Assembly: GCA_014804695.1 (NCBI GenBank)
Contig: JAAUZJ010000007.1
Coordinates: 53,545-117,544 of the forward strand
DNA length: 64,000 bases
From: Lachnospiraceae bacterium
GTDB lineage: Bacteria > Bacillota > Clostridia > Lachnospirales > Lachnospiraceae
Direction of reading: 5' to 3'
Of the stretch, positions 53,196-62,696 are shown piece by piece; within the stretch, counting starts at the first letter, position 1, and the number at the start of each line of letters is the position of its first letter. A program made the position numbers and the translations under genes. Under the pieces are notes generated by a model that searched no databases, was not told the origin of the DNA, and was given only the letters and a program-made list of their open reading frames with translations.

Positions 53196-56100
53196 ATGCA
53201 GATGAAATATAACATATACATAGAACTTACCACTATTGTATTTGCTGCGATTCTGTGTATTTATCAGGAGGTTCAGTACGCTGATACTGACAAGACCGAT
53301 GTAAATACATCATTTAGACGAATGGCATGGACAGTATTTCTTGCGGTTACTATGGATGTACTTACGGCCATTACAATAAGTTATTCGCCTTTAGTACCTA
53401 AATGGCTCAATTACCTTTTAAATACAATTTATTTTGAACTGGATGCTTTAATTGCATTTTTCTTTGTCCAGTATGTTGCAAGCTATATTTATACAAAAGA
53501 AGAACGCCGTAAATTAATGTGGGCCAATAAAGCGGCTAGTGCTGTCTATACCGCTATACTTCTGATCAATCTGATAAACGGATGGGTATTCTATTTTGAT
53601 AATATGGGTGTATACACGCATGGCACAATCTATATTATTACCTACATCATGCCGCTTTACCATTTTATTTTCTCATCAACGGTGCTTATTAGGCATTGGG
53701 ACAGATTTAAAAAGAAACAGCAGTTATCTATTATAGGTTTCTTGATCTGTGTAGCGCTCGGACCGGTGCTTCAGTTTCTTTTTTGTCCCGATGTACTTCT
53801 TGGAATATTTACTGTTACAATAGGGCTGGTAATTATTCATTACTCATTGGAAACCCCGGATTATGTGCTTCTTATGAAGACGATGGATGAACTGAATATC
53901 GCCAAGGAAGAGGCACTTGAAGCAAACCGTGTCAAGGGGGAATTTCTGGCAAATATGTCTCATGAGCTGAGAACGCCTATGAATGCTATGCTGGGTTTTA
54001 ACGAGGTGCTGATGAATGAAACCCAGGAAAGCCATACAGCTGAGTATGCAATGAAGGTGCAGTCGGCCGGGCGTGTCCTGGTTTCGATGGTCAATGACGT
54101 AATTGATTTTACAAGTATTGACAGAGGAGATTTGAATCTGGATATAAAACCATACGATACAACGTCGTTATTGCAGGATGTGGCTTCATATGCGGAGTAT
54201 TTTTCACAGGTAAAAAATCTGGAATGCCGGCTTTCTATTGACGAGAGAATTCCGCAGCAGCTTTCGGGTGATGTTATAAGGCTGACGCAGATCATTAACA
54301 ATCTGCTTTCTAATGCAATTAAATTCACCAAGGAAGGATACATAGAATTTAAGGCTGTATGGTCAAAAGTGGATGATGCGCATGGCAGGCTTTGTATCAG
54401 CGTAAAAGATACAGGTATAGGTATGCGGTCGGAGGATGTTGAAAAGCTGAAAAAGCTGGGAGCGGCAGAGAGAGGTTTTCAACGTTTTGATAACCGTAAC
54501 ACAAGGAATATCCAGGGAATCGGTCTTGGACTTACAATAGTAAACAGGCTGATCGTCCTTATGAATGGTTTTTTAAATATCACAAGTGAATATGGGGAAG
54601 GAAGCGAGTTCTATTTTGAGGTACAACAGGCTGTTGTAAAAGCAGAACCTATTGGCAAATTGGAGCGCGGGATCAAAAACAGGGAAAACTCTGCGGATCC
54701 GCTAAAACTGTTAGCGCCGGATGCAAGGATATTAGTTGCAGACGATAATGCAATGAATCTGGATATGTTTAAAGGACTGCTGAAACAGACCAGGATGCAT
54801 ATTGATACTGCCGTAAACGGAGAGGAAGCTCTGAAGCTGCTTGAAAAGAATAAATATCACTTGATATTTTTAGACCATATGATGCCGGTGTTAGACGGCA
54901 TGGAAACGCTTCGCGAGATGAAAAAAAGAAATCTTTGTCCGGATACGCCGGTAATCATACTCACCGCAAATGCCGTAGCGGGCGCACGTGAATCCTATCT
55001 CGAAGAGGGTTTTGAAGATTATTTGTCCAAGCCCGTACAAAGGAATCAACTTGTAAAAATGGTGCATAAATACCTGCCCGAAGATTTGTGCGTCGAAAAT
55101 GCAGGCACGGATAAGCAGGATGCAGAAGATGTAGAAAGCAAGACGGAAAATATAACCCAGCCGGTGCAGCAGGATGATGCTGCAGGGCAGGGGCTGCTAT
55201 CTAAACTCACTTTCTTAGACACGGAAGTGGGTATGACATATTGTTGCGAAAGTGAGGAGTTTTATCAGGAAATGCTTGCGTCTTATCTGGATAATAAAAG
55301 GGATGCAGAGCTTGAAGATTATTATAAACAAGAGGATTGGGAGAATTACAGGATTGCGGTGCATGCCCTAAAGAGCACTTCGCTTTCGATCGGAGCCGTA
55401 AATGTATCAGAGAAAGCAAAAGCTATGGAAACAGCGGCGAAGGAAAATGATACGTCCTATCTTACTGCCAATCACGAAGATTTAATGAAGGATTATTCAG
55501 GACTTTTGTCACAGATAGACGGTGTGCTTAACGGTGAGAAAGATTTGCCACAGCAGGTTAAGGCAGGTCCGAATGGCGATATGCCGAGCATTTTCGCAGT
55601 AGATGATGACTTGATGAATCTGCGTATTATAGAGAGAATGTTGGAAGGACAGTTTTCAGTCACCAGCTTTGATGAGGGTAAGAAACTGTTGGAGGCGCTT
55701 GAGACGGAGCTGCCCGATATTATCCTTTTGGATGTCCGTATGCCGGAAATGGATGGTTTCGAGGTGTTGAGACGGCTTAAGGGCAATGAAAGATACAAGG
55801 AAGTTCCCGTTATTTTCCTGACCGCAGATGAGGAACGCGATACAGAGGTAGAAGGATTTAAGGCCGGAGTGCTTGATTTTATTCGTAAACCGTTTGTGTT
55901 GGAAATTATGATACAGCGTGTTAAACGTATTATACAGATGGACAGACTGCAAAAGAATTTACAGTCGGAGGTAGAAAAGCAGACCCGCGAGATTGTGGAA
56001 CAGAGGAATCAGGTCGAGCGTATTAATGAGGAAATCATACTTACGCTGGCCGGCGTGATTGATGCAAAGGACAAGTATACAAACGGCCATTCTAACAGGG

Positions 56101-56600
56101 TGGCAGAGTATGCAAGAGCTATAGCAGAGCGCCTTGGGAAGCCTGCTGAAGAGATTAATAATATTTATGTGGCAGGTCTTTTGCATGACGTTGGTAAGAT
56201 CGGTATTTCTGACAACATCATCAATAAGCCTGGTAAACTTACCGATGAGGAATATGCGACAATTAAAACCCATCCTACCATTGGTGCTAATATATTAAGC
56301 AATATTTCCGCTATACAGGATATTGCAACCGGAGCGCACTGGCATCATGAACGATACGATGGCAGGGGATATCCGGACGGTCTGGCGGGAGAAGCGATTC
56401 CTGAGATGGCAAGGATCATCGGCGTGGCGGATACATATGACGCGATGACTTCAAAGCGCAGCTATCGTGATGTACTGCCTCAGAATGTGGTGCGTGAAGA
56501 ACTTATAAAGGGGCGTGGTACCCAGTTTGACCCTATATTTACAGATGTTATGCTCTCAATGATGGATGAAGATACGCAGTATCATATGAGAGAACATTAA
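53196..56600 (+). CDS. Hybrid sensor kinase with HK-REC-HPt-REC-HD-GYP architecture
   Basis: A polytopic N-terminal region of about 225 aa. H-box FLANMSHELRTP (His256) and HATPase (NLLSNAIKFT, DTGIGM, GIGLGL). REC1 IFLDHMMP (Asp560), HPt HALKSTSLSIGA (His723), REC2 ILLDVRMP (Asp846), and HD-GYP LLHDVGKIG / HHERYDGRGYPDG (His997, GYP 1058-1060). Confidence 0.9.
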   Translation: MQMKYNIYIELTTIVFAAILCIYQEVQYADTDKTDVNTSFRRMAWTVFLAVTMDVLTAITISYSPLVPKWLNYLLNTIYFELDALIAFFFVQYVASYIYTKEERRKLMWANKAASAVYTAILLINLINGWVFYFDNMGVYTHGTIYIITYIMPLYHFIFSSTVLIRHWDRFKKKQQLSIIGFLICVALGPVLQFLFCPDVLLGIFTVTIGLVIIHYSLETPDYVLLMKTMDELNIAKEEALEANRVKGEFLANMSHELRTPMNAMLGFNEVLMNETQESHTAEYAMKVQSAGRVLVSMVNDVIDFTSIDRGDLNLDIKPYDTTSLLQDVASYAEYFSQVKNLECRLSIDERIPQQLSGDVIRLTQIINNLLSNAIKFTKEGYIEFKAVWSKVDDAHGRLCISVKDTGIGMRSEDVEKLKKLGAAERGFQRFDNRNTRNIQGIGLGLTIVNRLIVLMNGFLNITSEYGEGSEFYFEVQQAVVKAEPIGKLERGIKNRENSADPLKLLAPDARILVADDNAMNLDMFKGLLKQTRMHIDTAVNGEEALKLLEKNKYHLIFLDHMMPVLDGMETLREMKKRNLCPDTPVIILTANAVAGARESYLEEGFEDYLSKPVQRNQLVKMVHKYLPEDLCVENAGTDKQDAEDVESKTENITQPVQQDDAAGQGLLSKLTFLDTEVGMTYCCESEEFYQEMLASYLDNKRDAELEDYYKQEDWENYRIAVHALKSTSLSIGAVNVSEKAKAMETAAKENDTSYLTANHEDLMKDYSGLLSQIDGVLNGEKDLPQQVKAGPNGDMPSIFAVDDDLMNLRIIERMLEGQFSVTSFDEGKKLLEALETELPDIILLDVRMPEMDGFEVLRRLKGNERYKEVPVIFLTADEERDTEVEGFKAGVLDFIRKPFVLEIMIQRVKRIIQMDRLQKNLQSEVEKQTREIVEQRNQVERINEEIILTLAGVIDAKDKYTNGHSNRVAEYARAIAERLGKPAEEINNIYVAGLLHDVGKIGISDNIINKPGKLTDEEYATIKTHPTIGANILSNISAIQDIATGAHWHHERYDGRGYPDGLAGEAIPEMARIIGVADTYDAMTSKRSYRDVLPQNVVREELIKGRGTQFDPIFTDVMLSMMDEDTQYHMREH

Positions 56601-56624
56601 TAGACGAGAGGAAATCCTTATAAA

Positions 56625-59186
56625 ATGGAAGAAAAAAGAAACAAAGGCGCGATATTGCCGGAATTTGATGAATCAAAGACGGACATACATTTGATTATGG
56701 TGCTTGTCGTTACCGTGTTCAATATACTGCTTATGGCTATAATATGCATAATGTCATGGGAGATGTGGATGCTTCCGCTTATTGCAATAGCCCTTATTGC
56801 GGCATGGGTAATGCATATTGTGAAGTTTTTTTCTGGCGAAGCATTTGAATACCTGTGTATTGGATTAATGGTTGTGGAGTTCTTTTTCTATGGCGCTCAT
56901 GAAAGCAGTCTTTATGACATGCCTGTTGTTATAGGTGTGCTTCTTTTTGCGCTTTTTATGCTGGATAAAAAGTATGCCATGCATCTGGCGGCGGCTACAT
57001 ATGCGCTGGCGCTTATGTATCACTGTGTGTTTCTTCATACGATCAGCATAAATATGCCGAGACTTGAAATGGCACGTCTTGCGCTTGATATAATCGGAGT
57101 TACCATTGAAATGCTTATTGCCAGACATATGGCAAACCGGCGCAGGTCGGAAACTGTATATATGCGTAATATGAGAGTCAAACTTAATGAGGCAAAAGAC
57201 CGGAATGCTAATTTTTTGGCAAATATATCGCATGAGCTGCGTACACCTATTAATATGGTAACGGGAATCAGTGAAGTTGCACTGGGAAGAAAACTTTCTC
57301 CGGAATTAAAAAATGAAATGAATTCAATACAGATGGCTGGACTTCGTCTGTCGGGTCAGATTAAGGATATTCTGGATTATACGGAAATTGTGGGTAAGAC
57401 GCTTGTTCCGGTAGAGGATCATTATATGGTGTCATCCGTTATTGGAGATGTGATTGCCATGACTTCGGTGCAGAATAGAAACCTTGACATAGAGCTGGTG
57501 TTTGATATGGATGTATCAATTCCTGCAGTTTTGGTCGGAGACGGTGAGAAACTTTGCAGGGTTATTAAACTCATGCTGGATAATGCCATTAAATTCACCA
57601 GAGAAGGCGGAGTCTGTGTGCGCGTAAGCTATAGAGAGGAAAGCTATGGAATAAATCTGGATATTGATATATGTGATACCGGAATAGGTATTAAACCCTC
57701 CGAACTTTCCCAGATATATGATGAGTTTTATCAGATCGATTCAGGAAGAAGCCGGGGAGCAGGAGGACTTGGATTGGGAATCCCGATTGCGCATGGGCTT
57801 TTGCAGGCAATGGGCGGCTTTATGTATATTGAAAGTAAAGAAGAACAGGGAACACAGATACACATATCCGTTCCGCAGAAAGTTGTGGATAATAGTCCCA
57901 GTATGACGGTTAATGATCCGGAGAAATTATGTATCGCATGTTATTTTAAAGCAGATAAATACGACCGCAAGGAAGTAAGAGAATATTATGATGCCATGAT
58001 CTACAGAATGGCAACGCGCCTTGGGGTTGAGGGGCATCGCATATATCATTTTGAAGAATTTGAGAAGCTGAATAATTCGCATAGAATTACCCATCTTTTT
58101 ATTGCAAGGGAAGAGTACGAAGAAAGAGCATCTTACTTTGAAGATTTAGGAAAAACCATGTGTCTGGTAGTTATTGCCGATGACAGGTTTACGCTTCCTG
58201 CTGACAGCAGCCTTATATTTTTCCGTAAGCCATTTAATCCGATTCCGATTGTGAATCTGCTTAACGGAGAGACGCATGGAAAAGATGCTATGGGCGGAAT
58301 GATAGTAGACCAGCCGTTTACATGCGAAAACGTAAAGGCGCTTGTGGTAGATGATGAAGAAATGAATCTGGTTGTTGCAAGAGGAATTTTGGGCAACTAC
58401 GGAATGAATGTTGATACTGCTTCTGGAGGAGAAGAAGCGGTAGAAAAGTGTGTAAATACTGAGTATGATATTGTATTCCTCGATCATATGATGCCGAAGT
58501 TTGACGGTGTGGAGACTCTCAAACGTATTCGAGTGCTAAAGGGTGGAGCTTATCAGAATACTCCGATCATTGCGCTTACGGCCAATGCTGTCAGCGGCGC
58601 AAGGGAAATGTTCAAAAACGAAGGGTTTACGGAGTTTGTACCTAAGCCTATAGAACGGATGGTGCTTGAGCGTGCGCTGCGCAGGGTATTGCCGGAACAG
58701 TGTATACATTATATAGAGTGTGATGAAACTGAGACCGCAGTGCCATATACAGAGGCTGATGCGGAATCTGATGCGGAACCTGTCGCAGAACCCGACACAC
58801 CTATGAATAAGCTTAAAAAGGCCGGAATAAACACAGAGCTTGGTCTTCAATACTGCAGCGAATCCGAAGAATTTTATATAGAAATGCTTAAAATGTTTTA
58901 TGAGCAGGGCAAAGATAAAAAAGATGCGATATCCGCGTTATATGACGAAGAAAACTGGGACGAGTATGCGGTTAAAGTCCATGCGCTAAAAAGTACTTCT
59001 TTAACGATTGGTGCAGAGCAGCTTTCTGATAAAGCCAAAGTTATGGAACAGGCAGGAAAGAATGGTGACGCTTCGTATATACGGGAAAATCATTCGGATT
59101 TAATGGAGTCATATGATGCCTTCTGTGAGCTTATCGCTTCAAGCTTTGGAATGGAAGATGGGCAGGAAGGAGGAGAGAAACTATGA
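56625..59186 (+). CDS. Hybrid sensor kinase: HK, degenerate receiver-like segment, REC, HPt
   Basis: TM region, H-box FLANISHELRTP (His203) and HATPase (MLDNAIKFT, DTGIGI, GLGLGI). A segment of about 150 aa has a receiver-like beta/alpha pattern but no acceptor Asp (THLFIAREEY ... FFRKPF). REC VFLDHMMP (Asp620) and HPt HALKSTSLTIGA (His786). Confidence 0.88.
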   Translation: MEEKRNKGAILPEFDESKTDIHLIMVLVVTVFNILLMAIICIMSWEMWMLPLIAIALIAAWVMHIVKFFSGEAFEYLCIGLMVVEFFFYGAHESSLYDMPVVIGVLLFALFMLDKKYAMHLAAATYALALMYHCVFLHTISINMPRLEMARLALDIIGVTIEMLIARHMANRRRSETVYMRNMRVKLNEAKDRNANFLANISHELRTPINMVTGISEVALGRKLSPELKNEMNSIQMAGLRLSGQIKDILDYTEIVGKTLVPVEDHYMVSSVIGDVIAMTSVQNRNLDIELVFDMDVSIPAVLVGDGEKLCRVIKLMLDNAIKFTREGGVCVRVSYREESYGINLDIDICDTGIGIKPSELSQIYDEFYQIDSGRSRGAGGLGLGIPIAHGLLQAMGGFMYIESKEEQGTQIHISVPQKVVDNSPSMTVNDPEKLCIACYFKADKYDRKEVREYYDAMIYRMATRLGVEGHRIYHFEEFEKLNNSHRITHLFIAREEYEERASYFEDLGKTMCLVVIADDRFTLPADSSLIFFRKPFNPIPIVNLLNGETHGKDAMGGMIVDQPFTCENVKALVVDDEEMNLVVARGILGNYGMNVDTASGGEEAVEKCVNTEYDIVFLDHMMPKFDGVETLKRIRVLKGGAYQNTPIIALTANAVSGAREMFKNEGFTEFVPKPIERMVLERALRRVLPEQCIHYIECDETETAVPYTEADAESDAEPVAEPDTPMNKLKKAGINTELGLQYCSESEEFYIEMLKMFYEQGKDKKDAISALYDEENWDEYAVKVHALKSTSLTIGAEQLSDKAKVMEQAGKNGDASYIRENHSDLMESYDAFCELIASSFGMEDGQEGGEKL

Positions 59187-61864
59187 TTAAGAGATGGTTG
59201 AGACCATTATTGGACCAAGATGCCAACATTAGAGAGCGTACGTTTCGTCTCCTTACGGGAATCGGTATGGCAGCGATCCTTCTTATGCTGATATGCGGGG
59301 CGGTTTTTGGAGACAGCAAACTGGATCAGGCGATGATGGCGGGCGCAATTGTATATATGGGCGTGATATTAAAACTTAGTATGAAAACACATCGCATTAA
59401 TGCAGGAGCTACCTGGATTGCTTTGTTATTAATTGTTGTTTTTCCTATCAACTTTTTTATGTCGGACGGAGTGTATGGCGGTGCGCCGATATGGTTTATC
59501 TTCAGTTTTGTATATATAAGCGTTACTATTTGGGGAAAGAGAAAGGTAATATTTCTTGCTTTGAATACGGCTGTGACGATTTTAAGCTATTATCTGGCTT
59601 ATCATTATCCTAAATATGTAAGACCGTATACGATTCGCAACGCTTATATCAATTCGGTAACAACTGTTATTATGATTGGCGCTTTGATCAGTTCCATGAT
59701 TGTGTTTCAGAATCTTATATATGAAGAGGAAAATAAGATTTCGGAGCAGCAGAAAAAAGAGATTGAGAAACTGAATCAGTCGGAAAAGCGCTTTTTTGCA
59801 AGCATGAGCCATGAAATCAGGACGCCGATCAACACGATCATCGGACTAAACGAAATGATACTACGCAGTGATGTTTCCGATGAGGTTGCTGAAAATGCGA
59901 GAAATATCCAGGGCGCAAGTAAAATGCTGCTTACCCTGATCAATGATATACTGGATGTGTCCAAAATGGAATCCGGTAAAATGGATATTGTGAATGTCTC
60001 TTATGAGACAGGAGTGTTTTTCTCGGATATTATTAATATAATATGGGTTAAGGCTAAAGAAAAAGGGCTTGAATTTCATTTAAATATTGACTCCTCAATT
60101 CCAAGTATGCTATGTGGGGATGAAGTACGCATTAAGCAGGTTTTGATCAATATATTGAATAATTCAATTAAGTATACAAGCAAAGGTTCGGTTACCCTTT
60201 CGGTTAAATGCGAGCGCATTTCAGTTAACAGAGTGCGGGTGTACTATAATATTACAGATACCGGAATGGGAATTAAGAAGGAAAGCATACCGCATCTTTT
60301 TGATGCATTCCAGCGTGTTGACGAGGAAAAGAACCGCTACATAGAAGGAACGGGGCTTGGACTTAGCATTGTTAAGCAGTTAGTTGATCTGATGGAGGGC
60401 GAGATTACCGTTAACAGTGTATATACGCAGGGAACTACCTTCCTTGTTACTATAGAGCAGGATATTATTGATGAGAAAATGCTTGGTCAGTTTTCATTGG
60501 AATCCCACGTAAATACTGGAGACAGACCTCGTTACAAGCAGAGTTTTGAAGCTCCGGAAGCGCATATTCTGATTGTCGATGACAATGAAATGAACCTAAT
60601 GGTTGCAACCAAACTTTTATCTGATACCAAAATACAGATTGATACTGCAATGAGCGGCGAAGAATGTCTCAGACTGACTCAGACGAAGCGCTATGATGGG
60701 ATATTGATGGATCATCTAATGCCCGGAATGGACGGGATTGAGTGTCTTCACGCCCTGCGCGAACAAACAAGCGGAAAGAGTAATGATGTGCCGGTAATAG
60801 CGCTTACAGCCAATGCGGGAAGCGAGAGCCAGCTTCTTTATAAGAAAGAGGGCTTTAGCGGGTATCTTGCTAAACCGGTTAACGGTATGCTGCTTGAGGC
60901 GGCGGTTATGAATATGCTGCCCAAGGAACTTGTAGTTACGAGTGAAGACAAGCCGATGACCGAAATAGGTAAAGATGTTCTTATATTCGACCAGCAACAG
61001 CGTATGCCCATCGCCATTACAACAGACAGTATGAGTGACATTCCGAAAGAACTTCTTGAAAAATACGGAATTTCCATACAGCCTTATTATATATGCACGG
61101 AAGAAGGCAGATTTTTAGACGGAAAAGAGTTAGAGGCTGATGATTTGATCTCATATATAATGAGTGGAAAAAAAGGTTATTCAAGTTGGCCGGAGGCCAC
61201 GGATTATGAAAAATTCTTTGCAGAGAAGCTGACAAAAGCCCAGAACGTCATTCATATCACTATGGCGAAAAAAGTCAGCGAAGCATACCGTACCGCAAGC
61301 GAAGCGGCTAAATCTTTTGAAAATGTTACAATAATTGATTCCGGACAGATTTCCAGCGGTATCGGTCTGCTGGTACTTACTGCTGCATATATGGCAAAGA
61401 ATAATGCAGGCAAAGCAGAAATTATCCAGAAGATAGAAGATATGCGAAAACGTGTAACTTCAGATTTTATAGTAAGGGATACTGCGATGCTTACCTATGC
61501 GGGTAAATTTCCAAAGGGCATGCACACATTGTGCGATGCACTTATGATTCATCCCATTATAGGTATGCGCGGGGAAAAAATGACTGCCGGTGGTGTCCAG
61601 ATCGGTGACTTCGAACATATTACCCGTAAATATATCAGCAAGATATTAAAAAACACACAAAGTATAGATAAGAGGCTGCTTATTATTGTATATGCGGGCA
61701 TGGACATCGAGACGCTGGAGAACATTAAGGAATATGCGGCTAAGTGTTGTCCTTTTGAGAAAATATATTTGCAAAAGGCATCTTGTGGTATTACAATAAA
61801 TGCCGGCCCCGGAGCATTCGGACTTATGTTTATAAAAAAAGAGAGTAAAGACGAGACGACGTAA
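59183..61864 (+). CDS. Hybrid sensor kinase fused to a C-terminal DegV-like domain (HK-REC-DegV)
   Basis: The start overlaps the upstream stop (ATGA). TM region, H-box FFASMSHEIRTP (His210), HATPase (ILNNSIKYT, DTGMGI, GTGLGL) and REC ILMDHLMP (Asp510). From about aa 608 there is a DegV-like pattern: IAITTDSMSDIPKELLEKYGI...FLDGKEL...VIHITMAKKVSEAYRTA...VTIIDSGQISSGIGLLV...INAGPGAFGL. Confidence 0.85.
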   Translation: MIKRWLRPLLDQDANIRERTFRLLTGIGMAAILLMLICGAVFGDSKLDQAMMAGAIVYMGVILKLSMKTHRINAGATWIALLLIVVFPINFFMSDGVYGGAPIWFIFSFVYISVTIWGKRKVIFLALNTAVTILSYYLAYHYPKYVRPYTIRNAYINSVTTVIMIGALISSMIVFQNLIYEEENKISEQQKKEIEKLNQSEKRFFASMSHEIRTPINTIIGLNEMILRSDVSDEVAENARNIQGASKMLLTLINDILDVSKMESGKMDIVNVSYETGVFFSDIINIIWVKAKEKGLEFHLNIDSSIPSMLCGDEVRIKQVLINILNNSIKYTSKGSVTLSVKCERISVNRVRVYYNITDTGMGIKKESIPHLFDAFQRVDEEKNRYIEGTGLGLSIVKQLVDLMEGEITVNSVYTQGTTFLVTIEQDIIDEKMLGQFSLESHVNTGDRPRYKQSFEAPEAHILIVDDNEMNLMVATKLLSDTKIQIDTAMSGEECLRLTQTKRYDGILMDHLMPGMDGIECLHALREQTSGKSNDVPVIALTANAGSESQLLYKKEGFSGYLAKPVNGMLLEAAVMNMLPKELVVTSEDKPMTEIGKDVLIFDQQQRMPIAITTDSMSDIPKELLEKYGISIQPYYICTEEGRFLDGKELEADDLISYIMSGKKGYSSWPEATDYEKFFAEKLTKAQNVIHITMAKKVSEAYRTASEAAKSFENVTIIDSGQISSGIGLLVLTAAYMAKNNAGKAEIIQKIEDMRKRVTSDFIVRDTAMLTYAGKFPKGMHTLCDALMIHPIIGMRGEKMTAGGVQIGDFEHITRKYISKILKNTQSIDKRLLIIVYAGMDIETLENIKEYAAKCCPFEKIYLQKASCGITINAGPGAFGLMFIKKESKDETT

Positions 61865-61925
61865 GATTAAGAAATAAAAAATAAATATAGTAATAAAAAA
61901 AGAGAATCAGAAAGGAAGGATCAAT

Positions 61926-62687
61926 ATGTCTTTAAACATGTTTTCATTAAAAGGAAAAACCGCACTTGTAACCGGTGCGAATACAGGACTTGGACAAGGT
62001 ATCTGTGTAGCTTATGCGCAGGCGGGTGCAAATGTTATCGGTGTGGCGCGAAGAAGTTGTCAGGAAACCGCAGATAAAATTGCAGCTGTTTCGGGAAGCT
62101 TTACTGAAATTATTGCGGATTTATCAGACGTGTCCGTAATTCCGTACATAGTAGAGGAAGCCCATAAGGCTCATGAAAGAGTAGATATTGTTGTGAATAA
62201 TGCAGGCATTATTAAAAGGTGCGATGCTATTGATGTTACAATGGAAGATTGGGACAGCGTAATAAATATTAATGAGAAAGTGGTATTTTTCCTCTCACAG
62301 GCGTTTGCAAAGCGTTGGCATGAGGACGGCAAGGGCGGCAAGATCATAAATATAGCTTCAATGCTTAGTTATCAGGGCGGTATCAGAGTGCCTGCATATG
62401 CCGCAAGTAAAAGCGCCGTGATGGGGATCACCAAAGCTCTTGCTAATGAGTGGGCAAGCCACAACATCAATATAAATGCGATCGCTCCCGGATATATGGC
62501 AACCAATAATACGGCGAATCTTAGAAGCGACGATCAGAGAAGCGATGAAATTTTGTCACGTATTCCCGCAGGACGCTGGGGTACGCCGGATGATATTATG
62601 GGCGCGGCTATTTTCCTGGCTTCGGATGCTTCCGCATATGTAAACGGTTTTACGATCGCTGTTGACGGCGGATGGCTTGCAAGGTAA
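61926..62687 (+). CDS. kduD: 2-dehydro-3-deoxy-D-gluconate 5-dehydrogenase (SDR family)
   Basis: Close to E. coli KduD along its whole length as I recall that sequence (LKGKTALVTGANTGLGQGI, GGKIINIASMLSYQGGIRVPAYAASKS, NININAIAPGYMATNNT, RIPAGRWG, TIAVDGGWLAR). Confidence 0.88.
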   Translation: MSLNMFSLKGKTALVTGANTGLGQGICVAYAQAGANVIGVARRSCQETADKIAAVSGSFTEIIADLSDVSVIPYIVEEAHKAHERVDIVVNNAGIIKRCDAIDVTMEDWDSVININEKVVFFLSQAFAKRWHEDGKGGKIINIASMLSYQGGIRVPAYAASKSAVMGITKALANEWASHNININAIAPGYMATNNTANLRSDDQRSDEILSRIPAGRWGTPDDIMGAAIFLASDASAYVNGFTIAVDGGWLAR

Positions 62688-62696
62688 TTAAATGCT

